A stretch of 64,000 nucleotides of DNA from Planktotalea sp. (GCF_050633725.1 NZ_JBOEHB010000002.1:1-64000); one strand, 5' to 3'. Numbered from the stretch's first letter, positions 27,536 to 37,576 are shown. The notes: generated from the letters alone by a model not told the origin. Program-made: numbers and translations.

Positions 27536-29233
27536 TTACTTTACCAAATATGGCTTGCGCGGTTTCTGAATGGACACAGCAGGACCATCATTGATTGGGA
27601 AATCACCCATAAGATGCGGATGCATCCCTTGGTTCTTAAGGTTTTGCAAAAACTGCCCAAAGCCTTTTAAGTCGGCCATTTTCGGAACCTCTGATAAACG
27701 ACGTTGCGGGGCGTTGCCGATCTCGTCGATGATCGTTTGAAGCGGCTCCATAGGGCTTTCGATAAACTCTGCCATTGTCCAAATCCGAATGCGCGCTTTC
27801 GCATTTGGACTACGCAGTTTGTAAAGAAACTTGTTTTCGATCTTTTGCAGACGCGCAGCTTCGCGGCGCAGGTCAGAAAAATTGTGATTGGCACGAAACA
27901 AAGGTACGGCCCAAGCACCACTTATAACAGACACCTGCGCATTCGGATCTTTGCTGATCTTTGTGCTAATCTTCTGACTATCCATCGGCCCATACTGAAA
28001 GCACTGTCTTTCGCCGCGCGTATTCCAAATCAGGTTCGTAAGGAACGCCGCGCCATTGTAGTCACGCAGGTTAGGATCATCACTTAAGCCGCCGTTGATC
28101 ACCTTTTGATTTCCTGAAAACTCAGCGCGTTCTGGCGAAAAAAGATGGCCGTGAACCTGCGTTCCCGTAGCCTTGGACAACCAAGGTTCAAAATCTTCAA
28201 ACAGCTCTGTGAAGCCTTGAAACACAGAATAATTGGAGCAAGTCAGACCGTTTTCCCAGCCTTCGTTCGGGAAACGGCTGTGCATCACCAAACCCGCACG
28301 ACCGCGCGTACGGCGCTCGACCGCTTTGGCGAAAATGCGGTCTATCTTCCCAGGATTAGGCTCGGCGCGCTTCATTGCACCGTCTTCGTCAGTCAAGAAC
28401 GCGTTATAGACCCGATTGGCATGCGGCCAAATTTTGCGTGCTACAAAACAATCTGAACGGCGCAATAGCTGCAAGTGATCGTCATAGAAAATATGCGGCT
28501 TGCCTTGGAAATCAAACTTGGACAAGGTCAAAGAGCGGCTCTCGATGTTTGAAGAATACTGTCGAGATAACGTTTGAAAATAGCTCTCGTCAGGGATCCA
28601 TACTTTTCGAAAATACCGATCATAAGTTGCGCGCTCTGGGTCTTCCAAGATCGCAGACAACGTTTGACGGGTCAGGCACCACCACTGCGATCCCATATGA
28701 GGCACGATACCTTTGGGAATGCGCCGCTTTAGCCCAATACGGCGCTGCAATGCGGTATATTTATCGAACAGGCGGCGTTGCGTTTTCCAAGAGAACGGGA
28801 ACCGCATGGTAAAGCGTTCAATATCAAGACCGCCAACTGTCCACGGAACATCAGACGTCGTTGCGGATTCGATAAAATCAGTGCGCGGACGTGCGTCGAG
28901 ATATTCAATTAGCTCACGCACGGGACGCAAAGGCAGACACGATCCCGAAGCCAGAAAAACATGGCGCACATCTGTAAATTGCGCGAGCATTTTTTCAGAA
29001 GCAACCTGCGTTGCCGCCGTTATGCCCCAACCGCCCCATTCGCAATAATGTCGCTTGCAAAAATCAATCTCTGGTACGTCTTGCATGGACGCTTGAAACT
29101 CTTGGTAAGTCTTGCGGTCCACCTTCTTGTCGACATGAATAACGACAGGGCACCCCGCCGTTGCCCAATGACGAGCAACTTGTTCAGCGCGGCCAAGGGC
29201 CGTGTGAACCAGCATGACGATACCAACACTCAT
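27536..29233 (-). CDS. Two-domain protein: N-terminal GT14 / core-2 I-branching-type glycosyltransferase-like domain plus a C-terminal domain of unknown function.
   Basis: The N-terminus IVMLVHTALGRAEQVARHWATAGCPVVIHVDKK matches the Branch-family start. The remaining roughly 300 aa have no motif I can name. Confidence 0.6.
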   Translation of the reverse strand: MSVGIVMLVHTALGRAEQVARHWATAGCPVVIHVDKKVDRKTYQEFQASMQDVPEIDFCKRHYCEWGGWGITAATQVASEKMLAQFTDVRHVFLASGSCLPLRPVRELIEYLDARPRTDFIESATTSDVPWTVGGLDIERFTMRFPFSWKTQRRLFDKYTALQRRIGLKRRIPKGIVPHMGSQWWCLTRQTLSAILEDPERATYDRYFRKVWIPDESYFQTLSRQYSSNIESRSLTLSKFDFQGKPHIFYDDHLQLLRRSDCFVARKIWPHANRVYNAFLTDEDGAMKRAEPNPGKIDRIFAKAVERRTRGRAGLVMHSRFPNEGWENGLTCSNYSVFQGFTELFEDFEPWLSKATGTQVHGHLFSPERAEFSGNQKVINGGLSDDPNLRDYNGAAFLTNLIWNTRGERQCFQYGPMDSQKISTKISKDPNAQVSVISGAWAVPLFRANHNFSDLRREAARLQKIENKFLYKLRSPNAKARIRIWTMAEFIESPMEPLQTIIDEIGNAPQRRLSEVPKMADLKGFGQFLQNLKNQGMHPHLMGDFPINDGPAVSIQKPRKPYLVK

Positions 29234-30240
29234 GCCCAGTTCCCTTTGGACATAAGACCCAGAATTTCAAGTTGGCGCCAGTTGATGTATTTTTCTGACC
29301 ACTTGCACCAGAGTTCAGGGTTCTCCGCCAAACGCTCCGCATAGGCTTGGTATTCAACGCTGGCTGAATAATGCTGCTTACGCTCTAGCTCTTCCTGCGC
29401 CTTTTCGGTGAACGTGTTCAGGAACTTCGTGTGAAGCAACACACCTGACGCTTTCTCACCACCCCATTCATCGTAAACGAGGTTTAAGCCACGTGGCAAA
29501 AGGTTATGGGTAGAGCTGACGTAAGTGTACTTGCGATCCCATTTCACCAGCGGAATTTTGTTAAGCGCAGGCGCTTTCTCTGGCTCATCACTAAAGAACA
29601 CACGCGCGCGCGGTCCCCCTTGAATCCAAAGGTTTCCGAGTTTTTTGTTCTTTTCAATCGTGTAGTTGCCTGCATCAAACCAGCACGCCGTATCAATCGG
29701 GTTTTGCCCGGGCATGTATGGCTCGGCGTCAATGCGGCCCTTCGGGTACATATCCAAAAGCATTGCACTAAAGGATTTGATCGAGGATGCATCAAGCCAA
29801 TCAGTCAAAGCGCGGATCGGACGCGTATCGCAGAACGGGAACAAGAAAAACTCGTCCGGATCAACGGTCAAGCACCAGTGCCCATGCGCATAACGCAACT
29901 GCAACCAGTTCAGCCAATCCACACCATAACGCGATTTCTTATAGCTGCTTCGACTGTGCCAAACAGAAACATCAGGCTGATCCGCGAGATACTCAAGCCC
30001 GCCATCATTGCTATCATTGTCCACAATGAAAAAGTGGTTCACGCCCATGTCGCGGTAATACTTGAGGAAGTATGGCAAACGCACATGTTCGTTGCGCATC
30101 GTGGAAAACAGGAAAATGTCACCTGGTTTGATCTGGCTGGTACGATTGCGGATTGGTTGCAACTCGCGACGCTTGCGGAACGCACGAATGCGCCAACGCT
30201 TGCGTTGCAGCCGAAGCCTATATGACCTGACGATGCCCAC
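29230..30240 (-). CDS. Glycosyltransferase (GT2-like / Glyco_tranf_2_4-type).
   Basis: Translation reads FLFSTMRNEHVRLPYFLKYYRDMGVNHFFIVDNDSNDG (nucleotide-sugar-binding start with a DxD-like DND). The ORF overlaps both neighbours by 4 nt. Confidence 0.6.
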   Translation of the reverse strand: MGIVRSYRLRLQRKRWRIRAFRKRRELQPIRNRTSQIKPGDIFLFSTMRNEHVRLPYFLKYYRDMGVNHFFIVDNDSNDGGLEYLADQPDVSVWHSRSSYKKSRYGVDWLNWLQLRYAHGHWCLTVDPDEFFLFPFCDTRPIRALTDWLDASSIKSFSAMLLDMYPKGRIDAEPYMPGQNPIDTACWFDAGNYTIEKNKKLGNLWIQGGPRARVFFSDEPEKAPALNKIPLVKWDRKYTYVSSTHNLLPRGLNLVYDEWGGEKASGVLLHTKFLNTFTEKAQEELERKQHYSASVEYQAYAERLAENPELWCKWSEKYINWRQLEILGLMSKGNWA

Positions 30241-30284
30241 GTGTGCTCTGCCTCCTCATAACCCTATCAACCGCGCTGTTCCGC

Positions 30285-31532
30285 TTAACCAAAGTGTTTC
30301 AACACGAGGTTAAAATGTGCAGCCCACTGCGGCGGTGTAAATCGGGCCTGATCATTACCTACTCTACCTCGATCATCGCTATCTTTTTGCAGCAGTTTTT
30401 CAATCTCGGTGCGCCAAACATAGGCATTCGAGGTCTCTGCGTAAACGGGGAATTCTCCTAGAACTTCGCGATATATGTCCAGATCGCCACAAATGACGGG
30501 AACGCCCAAAGCAAAGGCTTCGACTTGGGGCAAACCATAGCCTTCAGCCAAGCTTGGGAACAGCGCGGCTTCCGCGCCTTTCATCAGCCCCATCATCTGC
30601 GCATCATCAAGGCCGTTGAACTCTAAAATGGGTAAACCGCTCGCTTTGACACCGTCCAGACGCGCGAACACATCTTCATTCTTCCAGCCACGATTGCCAC
30701 AAATCACCAAATACGGCGGAGAGCTTTCGCTAGAGCCGCTCCAATCCTCCCAGAGATCCAGCAAGAACGCGTGGTTCTTGCGTGGCTCAATCGTACCAAT
30801 CGAAATGACATAAGGCGCGGGAACATCGGGCAAGCGAACATCAGGAGTGTTCGGAATATCAACACCAAGATGCGCGACAATCGCATCGGGCACGCGCCCA
30901 AAGCGGGTCATATGTCGCTCTGCGTCAGCGCGGGTTTGTTGTGAATTACAGATCAAAGCGTCGGCATATTGCGACACGATACGCATACGCTTTTCAAAGG
31001 CTTCAACCGTGCCATCACGTTGATGATCTGGCCAATCCAGCGGGATCATATCGTGAATAAGAACAACGCATTGCGCCGTCTTCAACGATTTGAACGCACC
31101 AAAGACACGGCGCGTTAGATTGCTATGCCCTGTGTTGAGGTAAAGAACATCGTCAGGAAAAGCACGCCGCAGCATCCGCGCGAGACGCGCCGGTGTGGAA
31201 CGAGCAATGGCTCGTTTGCGCAGCGCCGTTTCTGCCGCGCGCCGTTGGGGACTAAGCTTTAGAGCAAATCGGGACAGCAAATCAGGATCACCCCAATCCG
31301 CTGCTCTTAGGTGCTGATGCGCGAACGCAAGGCCTGAGCGATCCAAAAGCACATAGCCAAATGCGCTGCGGAACAGACCGTAGATCGCCCGATCTAAACT
31401 TAGGCACCATTCAAGATAGGCCCATTCCACCCGATCCACCCCAGTGTGAACCAAACCCGTTCGACTGAGCAAACGGGTTAGGTCAAGGCAGATAGGCCGT
31501 TCATTTTCAGAAATGCTGTGCGCGCGTGTCAC
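30285..31532 (-). CDS. Glycosyltransferase family 4 (GT-B, retaining).
   Basis: The C-terminal motif reads PSLAEGYGLPQVEAFALGVPVICGD (E-x7-E). Confidence 0.8.
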   Translation of the reverse strand: MTRAHSISENERPICLDLTRLLSRTGLVHTGVDRVEWAYLEWCLSLDRAIYGLFRSAFGYVLLDRSGLAFAHQHLRAADWGDPDLLSRFALKLSPQRRAAETALRKRAIARSTPARLARMLRRAFPDDVLYLNTGHSNLTRRVFGAFKSLKTAQCVVLIHDMIPLDWPDHQRDGTVEAFEKRMRIVSQYADALICNSQQTRADAERHMTRFGRVPDAIVAHLGVDIPNTPDVRLPDVPAPYVISIGTIEPRKNHAFLLDLWEDWSGSSESSPPYLVICGNRGWKNEDVFARLDGVKASGLPILEFNGLDDAQMMGLMKGAEAALFPSLAEGYGLPQVEAFALGVPVICGDLDIYREVLGEFPVYAETSNAYVWRTEIEKLLQKDSDDRGRVGNDQARFTPPQWAAHFNLVLKHFG

Positions 31533-31557
31533 TTGAGACCCTCGCTCACTGCCGCTC

Positions 31558-32451
31558 CTACTGGGCTGCTTTGTCAGTTGCCATCACATCAGTGAGATAG
31601 GAATGCAAATCATCGCGCAGATCATCGCGAGACAAGCCGAAGGCCACAGTCGCTTGCAAGAAGCCCGACTTAGATCCGCAATCGAAGCGCTGGCCGCGGA
31701 AGCGATAACCGTACACTTCCCGCTCTGTTCCGATTTCCTGCGCGATCGCGTCTGTTAACTGGATTTCACCACCTGCGCCGGATTTGATTTTGTTCAAATT
31801 CTTCAAAACATTTGGCGACAGGATATAGCGGCCGATTACAGCAAGATTAGAGGGCTCTGTGCCAGGTGCTGGCTTTTCAACCATGCCATTGACCGAAACC
31901 ATTGATCCCATGTCTTCCTTAATGTCCAACACACCATAGGAAGAGGCTTTTGCAGCGGGGACTTCCATTGCGGCAACCATGTTACCGCCTGTTTCTTCGT
32001 ATGCTTCTACCATTTGCTGCAAGCATGGCTTTTCAGCTGCAATCACATCGTCCGGCAGGATTACAGCAAACGGTTCATTGCCGATCAACCGACGCGCACA
32101 CCAAACCGCATGGCCAAGGCCAAGCGCCTTGTGCTGGCGCATGTAGGCGATCGCGCCGCTATCCATATTGGTGGTTTTTAGAATATCAAGCAGCTCTTGC
32201 TTGCCCTTTTTGCGAAGCTCGTTCTCAAGCTGAGGCGAATGGTCAAAATAGTCTTCAAGCGCACCTTTGCCGCGCGAAGTAACAAAGATAAATTCCTTGA
32301 TGCCAGCCGCACGCGCCTCATCAATGGCATATTGAATGAGCGGTCGGTCCACCAACGTCATGATCTCTTTAGGTACAGATTTCGTTGCCGGAAGAAACCG
32401 TGTGCCTAGACCTGCTACTGGAAAAATCGCCTTCGTTACTTTGTTACGCAT
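31558..32451 (-). CDS. galU: UTP-glucose-1-phosphate uridylyltransferase.
   Basis: Translation reads MRNKVTKAIFPVAGLGTRFLPATKSVPKEIM...VEKP. The track start 21 nt upstream is probably an over-extension. Confidence 0.85.
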   Translation of the reverse strand: MRNKVTKAIFPVAGLGTRFLPATKSVPKEIMTLVDRPLIQYAIDEARAAGIKEFIFVTSRGKGALEDYFDHSPQLENELRKKGKQELLDILKTTNMDSGAIAYMRQHKALGLGHAVWCARRLIGNEPFAVILPDDVIAAEKPCLQQMVEAYEETGGNMVAAMEVPAAKASSYGVLDIKEDMGSMVSVNGMVEKPAPGTEPSNLAVIGRYILSPNVLKNLNKIKSGAGGEIQLTDAIAQEIGTEREVYGYRFRGQRFDCGSKSGFLQATVAFGLSRDDLRDDLHSYLTDVMATDKAAQ

Positions 32452-32584
32452 CGCTCTCGTCCTCGAGTTCAAACATTATTATCTACTTGCCATGCTCCTA
32501 ATATGGAATTGGGCCTAAATCATGTCCATTCGACGGTTTTTAAAGTTTTTGTTTCCAAAATTTAGCATATTGAGCAAGCTATAG

Positions 32585-33814
32585 TCAAAAATCACGAAGT
32601 TTGGCAAGTCTACTCAACTCTAGGGAGAGCCTTCGCGCGCGCGACACAATAGAAATTCTGCGCCCGCTCCGCACGCTTCGGCCAAAAAGACCGCCCGATT
32701 GAACCCAAACGCCTTGGCGCGTGAATCGCACGGAATGTGCACGTGCTCCGCTTGAAAATATGAAAAGTGAGGCACGTCTTCCCGATTTAACGGCGCTCGC
32801 CGCTTCTGCTAACAACGACTCGCGTGCGGAAGGCCGCCCAGACGCAACAAAATGAGTGCCGGAAAACACACTTCGCCAAGACTTCAGCCCTTTTTGCGCC
32901 TCAAAAATTTCAGGCAGCGGCTGAATACTACGTATCGCCCCTTCCTTAGCACCTTCATCAAATGATCTTAGTAGGCGCTTAACTTCGCTCGGCTCAATCG
33001 CACCACGCACCATATGGCCAAGCACTCTGCGCCGTTGCTCTTCGCGAAAAGAGGCCATCGCACTTGCATGCCTATCGACTGGTGCGTGTTTGCGTAGAAA
33101 GATTACCGAACTCGCCGCAATTTCAAACAGATCAGTAGGAGCGCGATCACGACGGCGTGTCGCGCTCGCTTTGTATCCGTGATGAACAATCGCCAACGGA
33201 GAAATTGCCGTTCGGAATCCTTGCCCCATAAGGCGATAGTTCACATCAGTTTCATCAAGAAAAAACTTAAAGGCCGGATCAAACCCACCCATCTTCGCAA
33301 TCACATCACGCCGCAGCGCCATGTTCGTTCCTTCAGTCTTTATCGCCTGGCCGTTTTGAGGCGACAAAAGGTTCGTATTGCTCTCATCAACACCCAATGC
33401 ACTTGCAACGCCAAGGCAATTTACGGTGCGCGCCTTCCACTGAAAGCTTATCCCGTTGCGACCAATGACAAACCCGCCCGAGGCCGCGACATCTGCTTCG
33501 CTAAAACCTTCGACAAGATAAGTTAACCAACTCGGCTCCGGGACAGCATCATCGTCGATAAAGGCTATGATTTCACCAGCCGCGATTTCTATCCCGAGAT
33601 TGCGAGCCTTCGAAATATTAGCTTCATCGAACTGAACGACTTTAAGATCGTCATAAAAAGACAATGAGCGCGCAGCTTCGAGCCCGTCCTTGTCCGCAAC
33701 AAGAACCACTTCAAACGTTGGATAATCAAGTTGCGTGATGCCAATCAGACAGAGTGGGAGATCAGCAGCGCGGCCTCGGCTGACAACAATGACAGAGACC
33801 GAAGGGGCGTTCAT
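32585..33814 (-). CDS. Glycosyltransferase family 2 with a C-terminal extension.
   Basis: Translation reads VSVIVVSRGRAADLPLCL...FIDDDAVPEP (DxD / ED motifs). An AT-rich 110-nt gap separates it from galU. Confidence 0.8.
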   Translation of the reverse strand: MNAPSVSVIVVSRGRAADLPLCLIGITQLDYPTFEVVLVADKDGLEAARSLSFYDDLKVVQFDEANISKARNLGIEIAAGEIIAFIDDDAVPEPSWLTYLVEGFSEADVAASGGFVIGRNGISFQWKARTVNCLGVASALGVDESNTNLLSPQNGQAIKTEGTNMALRRDVIAKMGGFDPAFKFFLDETDVNYRLMGQGFRTAISPLAIVHHGYKASATRRRDRAPTDLFEIAASSVIFLRKHAPVDRHASAMASFREEQRRRVLGHMVRGAIEPSEVKRLLRSFDEGAKEGAIRSIQPLPEIFEAQKGLKSWRSVFSGTHFVASGRPSARESLLAEAASAVKSGRRASLFIFSSGARAHSVRFTRQGVWVQSGGLFGRSVRSGRRISIVSRARRLSLELSRLAKLRDF

Positions 33815-34611
33815 TCAATCCCCATCTCCAGCATCATGCGCTCGATCACAGGGACATCTTCGGGATTGTTCAACTCCCAAAATTGCTTTCCACGAGCGTC
33901 TACTTCAACGCATCGAACTGTTCCGCCTTGCTCCATAAAGCGGAGCTGCTCAAGACCTTCGAGCTGTTCGAGCGGACCGATGGGCCAGCTGGGATAGGCC
34001 GCCAATGCGCTCGGCCGGTAAGCATAAACACCAACATGATGGAAAACTGGGGTTTCAGTGGCATCGTCGTAGGTTTCAGATGTGAATGGCACGACTTCTT
34101 TCGAGAAATACATCGCGCGCATATTGGCATCGAAAACAGCGGTGGTGCCACCAACGCGCCCCGCTTTGCGATCAGCGAGAAACCCGTTCAAAGCGCGCCC
34201 ATCACAGCGCAAAACTGGGGTCGCAATATCCGCCTCTGGCGCAGCTTTCATAGCGCTCACCAGATCTTCAACAAACCAATGTGGTGTTAGCGGCGCATCA
34301 CCTTGCAAATTCACCACAATTTCCGCATCGCTGCCCAGCGCCTCATAGGCCGCTGCGCAACGCTCTGTTCCGTTAAAACAAGTATCAGGTGTCATAACGA
34401 CCTCAGCGCCGAACGCCTCGCTTGCCGCTTTGATCCGATCATCATCCGTGGCAACGACAACGCGATCCACCCCGCTTACAGCACTTGCCGCTTCCCAAGC
34501 GCGCTGGATAAGCGAGCGGGATTGACCGCTCGCACCTTTCAGCGCTGCTAGAGGCTTTGCAGGATAGCGCGTTGATGCATAGCGTGCGGGAATGACAATC
34601 AGAACAGACAC
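33811..34611 (-). CDS. kdsB: 3-deoxy-manno-octulosonate cytidylyltransferase (CMP-Kdo synthetase).
   Basis: Translation reads VLIVIPARYASTRYPAKPLA...VVVATDD...NLQGDAP. Confidence 0.85.
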   Translation of the reverse strand: MSVLIVIPARYASTRYPAKPLAALKGASGQSRSLIQRAWEAASAVSGVDRVVVATDDDRIKAASEAFGAEVVMTPDTCFNGTERCAAAYEALGSDAEIVVNLQGDAPLTPHWFVEDLVSAMKAAPEADIATPVLRCDGRALNGFLADRKAGRVGGTTAVFDANMRAMYFSKEVVPFTSETYDDATETPVFHHVGVYAYRPSALAAYPSWPIGPLEQLEGLEQLRFMEQGGTVRCVEVDARGKQFWELNNPEDVPVIERMMLEMGIE

Positions 34612-35409
34612 TTACGCTTCTTTCAGCTCAACATCAGGAGAATAGGCGATAAAGAACGGGTTCGCGTAATCGTCTTTGCCATACCGCAGGTCTTCATGGT
34701 TATCGAAACGCACCACACGCCCACCAGCGCCGGTTAGAACAGCATGGCCCGCGGCGGTGTCCCACTCCATCGTGCGGCCAACACGCGGGTAGATGTCCGC
34801 TTCGCCCGTCGCAATCAGGCAAAACTTAAGAGAAGAACCCGCACTCTTCATGTCGCGCACTTGGTACTTGTTGATGTAATCGTCCGTCGCTTGATCGCGA
34901 TGGGATTTCGAGGCCACAACAAATAGCGCTTTGTTGTCTGGTTTGCTCACGCCAATGACATTTTGCTGACCGACAACATCCGGGTGCAAAGGACCAGTCT
35001 CTTCGATCGACTGTCCATCCGCTCGGGTGTAGAACATACGCTTTTTCGCAGGCGCATAAACAACACCGCGCGTTGGTACACCGTTCTCAACAAAAGCGAT
35101 GTTCACAGTGAAATCACCGCGGCGGTGAATGAATTCTTTCGTACCATCCAAAGGATCCACAATCAGGAACGTCTCGCCTGATGTTTTATGGGAATCCGAC
35201 TGCTCTTCGGTAACAAGCATGACGTCCGGGAACGTTTCGCGAAGACCTGCCGAGATCAGTTTGTCTGCTGCTTCATCCGCAGCCGTTACAGGGCTGTCGT
35301 CCGACTTGGATTTTACATCGAAATCGTCCTGACCATAGATGTCCATAATGACATCGCCCGCCGCGAGCGCCAATCGACGCATCGTTTCTTCTAGCTGTTT
35401 GTAGTCCAT
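34612..35409 (-). CDS. cysQ: 3'(2'),5'-bisphosphate nucleotidase (PAP phosphatase, inositol-monophosphatase fold).
   Basis: The metal-binding motifs VDPLDGT, TEEQ and WDTAAG are present. It is the first gene of the leftward operon and abuts kdsB. Confidence 0.8.
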   Translation of the reverse strand: MDYKQLEETMRRLALAAGDVIMDIYGQDDFDVKSKSDDSPVTAADEAADKLISAGLRETFPDVMLVTEEQSDSHKTSGETFLIVDPLDGTKEFIHRRGDFTVNIAFVENGVPTRGVVYAPAKKRMFYTRADGQSIEETGPLHPDVVGQQNVIGVSKPDNKALFVVASKSHRDQATDDYINKYQVRDMKSAGSSLKFCLIATGEADIYPRVGRTMEWDTAAGHAVLTGAGGRVVRFDNHEDLRYGKDDYANPFFIAYSPDVELKEA

Positions 35410-35532
35410 TTGCCCGATCCTTGCCTAATATCGTTCGATAATGTTGATAAAATATCTACGCCTCTTATGATATGTAGCTGCGAGAACGGCAATAATCTTC
35501 AAACAATTCGTTCGGCATCAGGCAGAGTAAAC

Positions 35533-36354
35533 ATGTTTCAAGTACGAAAACGCGAGACCACGTTCAGGAAAATCCTGACCTTCAATGAGCTCGTTTACCA
35601 TAATATCGTGCGAACGATCCGCAAAACGCATGGCAATGCGTTGATGAGTATCGTGATGAATTTAATGCAAATGATCATCTTTGTTCTCGCGTTCTATTTC
35701 ATGTTCTCGATTCTTGGCCTGCGCGGCGCGGTTCTGCGTGGTGACTTCATGGTTTACATTATGACAGGCATTTTCCTGTTCATGACCCATATCAAAACGG
35801 TCGCGGCTGTATCCGGTTCTGAGGGACCAGCATCTCCGATGATGAAGCATGCCCCAATGAACACCTCGATTTCGATTGCCGCTGCCGCGCTCAGCCAGCT
35901 CTATATTCAAATGCTGTCGCTTGTTGTGATCATGTTCGCCTACCACGTTCTTGTCACACCGTTCGAAATTCAAAGCGTCACGGGCGTGATGTTCATGATC
36001 ATCTTGGCGTGGTTTACCGCAGTAGCCGTCGGCATGGTGTTTCTCGCGATCAAGCCATGGTCACCGGGCCTGTCATCGCTACTCTCTACGATTTACCAAC
36101 GCGCGAACATGATTGCTTCGGGCAAAATGTTTGTGGCCAATACCCTGACACCGCAGTTGTTGACGATGTTTGACTGGAACCCACTGTTTCATTGCATCGA
36201 CCAATCGCGTGGATATGCCTTTGTGAATTACGCACCGCGCAATTCTTCGTGGGAATATGCGTTCTACGTCGGAGTTATTCTGTTGGTCATTGGCATGATG
36301 GGCGAATTCTACACACGCAAACACGCATCTGCCAGCTGGAGCGCGCGCCAGTAG
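35533..36354 (+). CDS. ABC-2 type polysaccharide-export permease (KpsM-like), with no adjacent ATPase.
   Basis: Translation starts MFQVRKRETTFRKILTFNELVYHNIVRTIRK, followed by 6 TM helices, which is the KpsM/Wzm architecture. The in-frame ATG is at 35533, and the track start at 35410 lies in the divergent promoter region. Confidence 0.75.
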   Translation: MFQVRKRETTFRKILTFNELVYHNIVRTIRKTHGNALMSIVMNLMQMIIFVLAFYFMFSILGLRGAVLRGDFMVYIMTGIFLFMTHIKTVAAVSGSEGPASPMMKHAPMNTSISIAAAALSQLYIQMLSLVVIMFAYHVLVTPFEIQSVTGVMFMIILAWFTAVAVGMVFLAIKPWSPGLSSLLSTIYQRANMIASGKMFVANTLTPQLLTMFDWNPLFHCIDQSRGYAFVNYAPRNSSWEYAFYVGVILLVIGMMGEFYTRKHASASWSARQ

Positions 36355-36652
36355 CGCACGCCCCGTCAGTGTATTCGCTCACTCCACCCGACCATCAGGG
36401 CCGAGTCGATTTCGGGTGAAAGATCCGAACGAGGCGTGCCAAGCCCGTATGAAACACGGCGCTGCGCTCATAGCGCGCGCGTTCTTCGTAGTTTGGTTGT
36501 CCCGCTGGGGTGTTTGAATTTTCAATGAACATTTTCTTTCCTTCGAAGTTCAAATTCTCTGCATTTCGCGTCTGAATCCAATATGATCATTGACTTCACC
36601 CCTGACAAACGAGAGCTTTGCGACAGCCAGTTAAGAAAATCTTGTGTAAAAA

Positions 36653-37576
36653 ATGGATCGCATCGCCCCCTTTACCGCCCTCAGAGCCTTCGAAGCTGCC
36701 GCACGGCATTTGTCTTTTGCCGCAGCTGCGGAAGAGTTGAACGTCACGCCCGCTGCGCTTTCTTTTCAAATCCGCTCCTTGGAAGAACATCTTGGTGCAC
36801 CTGTCTTTCACAGGCGCAATCGGGCAGTTGATCTAACAGAAATCGGTGCAACTCTTTATCCAGAAGTTGCAGAAGGACTTGGCACTCTGTCGCGCGCTTG
36901 GAGCGCTGTTCGGCGGCGCATCACGGCATCCAGCCTAACGATCACCGCTGGCCCCGCTTTCACTGCAAAATGGCTCGCGCCGCGCCTTTTCACATTTGCC
37001 CAAGCCAATCCAGATCTAGAGCTTCGCTTTGCGGCAACTCTGCGGCTGCTTGATTTCACGCGCGATGAAATTGATGTCGCGATCCGCTTTGGCACTGATG
37101 ACACAGCCGGTCAGTTTAACGAGGTTATTGTGCGCGAATGGGTAACGCCAATGATGCACCCTAATCTTGCCCACGCGATCGAAACGCCAGAGGATTTGCT
37201 GACGCTTCCTTTTATTCATGACAGCAGTCTTGATTTTCTCCCAAACTGGGACGGATGGGCCACATGGTTCGATGCAATGGATATGAAATTCGCGATTAAA
37301 CAAGGCCCTCGCTTTTCCCAAGCGGACCATGCCACGGACCTCGCCTTATCTGGCGGCGGTGTATTGCTTGGGCGTGCCTCGATCACAGAGCGTTCATTGA
37401 AGGAGGGATTGTTGGTAGCCCCCTTTGCCCAGAGCCTTCGTGTTCCGGCGAGCTATCGTTTGGCTTGCCCGCTCGGGCTAGAAACGACCTCCGCAGTAAA
37501 ATGCTTGCGCGATTGGATTTCTGATGAGCTCGAAAGTTTTGATCAGCTTTCGGCGACGCGTGATTTTCTAAACTAG
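36653..37576 (+). CDS. LysR-family transcriptional regulator (GcvA-like).
   Basis: The HTH reads FTALRAFEAAARHLSFAAAAEELNVTPAALSFQIRSLE. Confidence 0.85.
   Translation: MDRIAPFTALRAFEAAARHLSFAAAAEELNVTPAALSFQIRSLEEHLGAPVFHRRNRAVDLTEIGATLYPEVAEGLGTLSRAWSAVRRRITASSLTITAGPAFTAKWLAPRLFTFAQANPDLELRFAATLRLLDFTRDEIDVAIRFGTDDTAGQFNEVIVREWVTPMMHPNLAHAIETPEDLLTLPFIHDSSLDFLPNWDGWATWFDAMDMKFAIKQGPRFSQADHATDLALSGGGVLLGRASITERSLKEGLLVAPFAQSLRVPASYRLACPLGLETTSAVKCLRDWISDELESFDQLSATRDFLN

Noticed and set aside
35410-35532. Track start of the kpsM-like ORF at 35410 (314 aa)
   Set aside because: The first 41 codons lie in the AT-rich divergent promoter region and are Cys/Asn-rich nonsense. The in-frame ATG at 35533 begins the conserved ABC-2 N-terminus.
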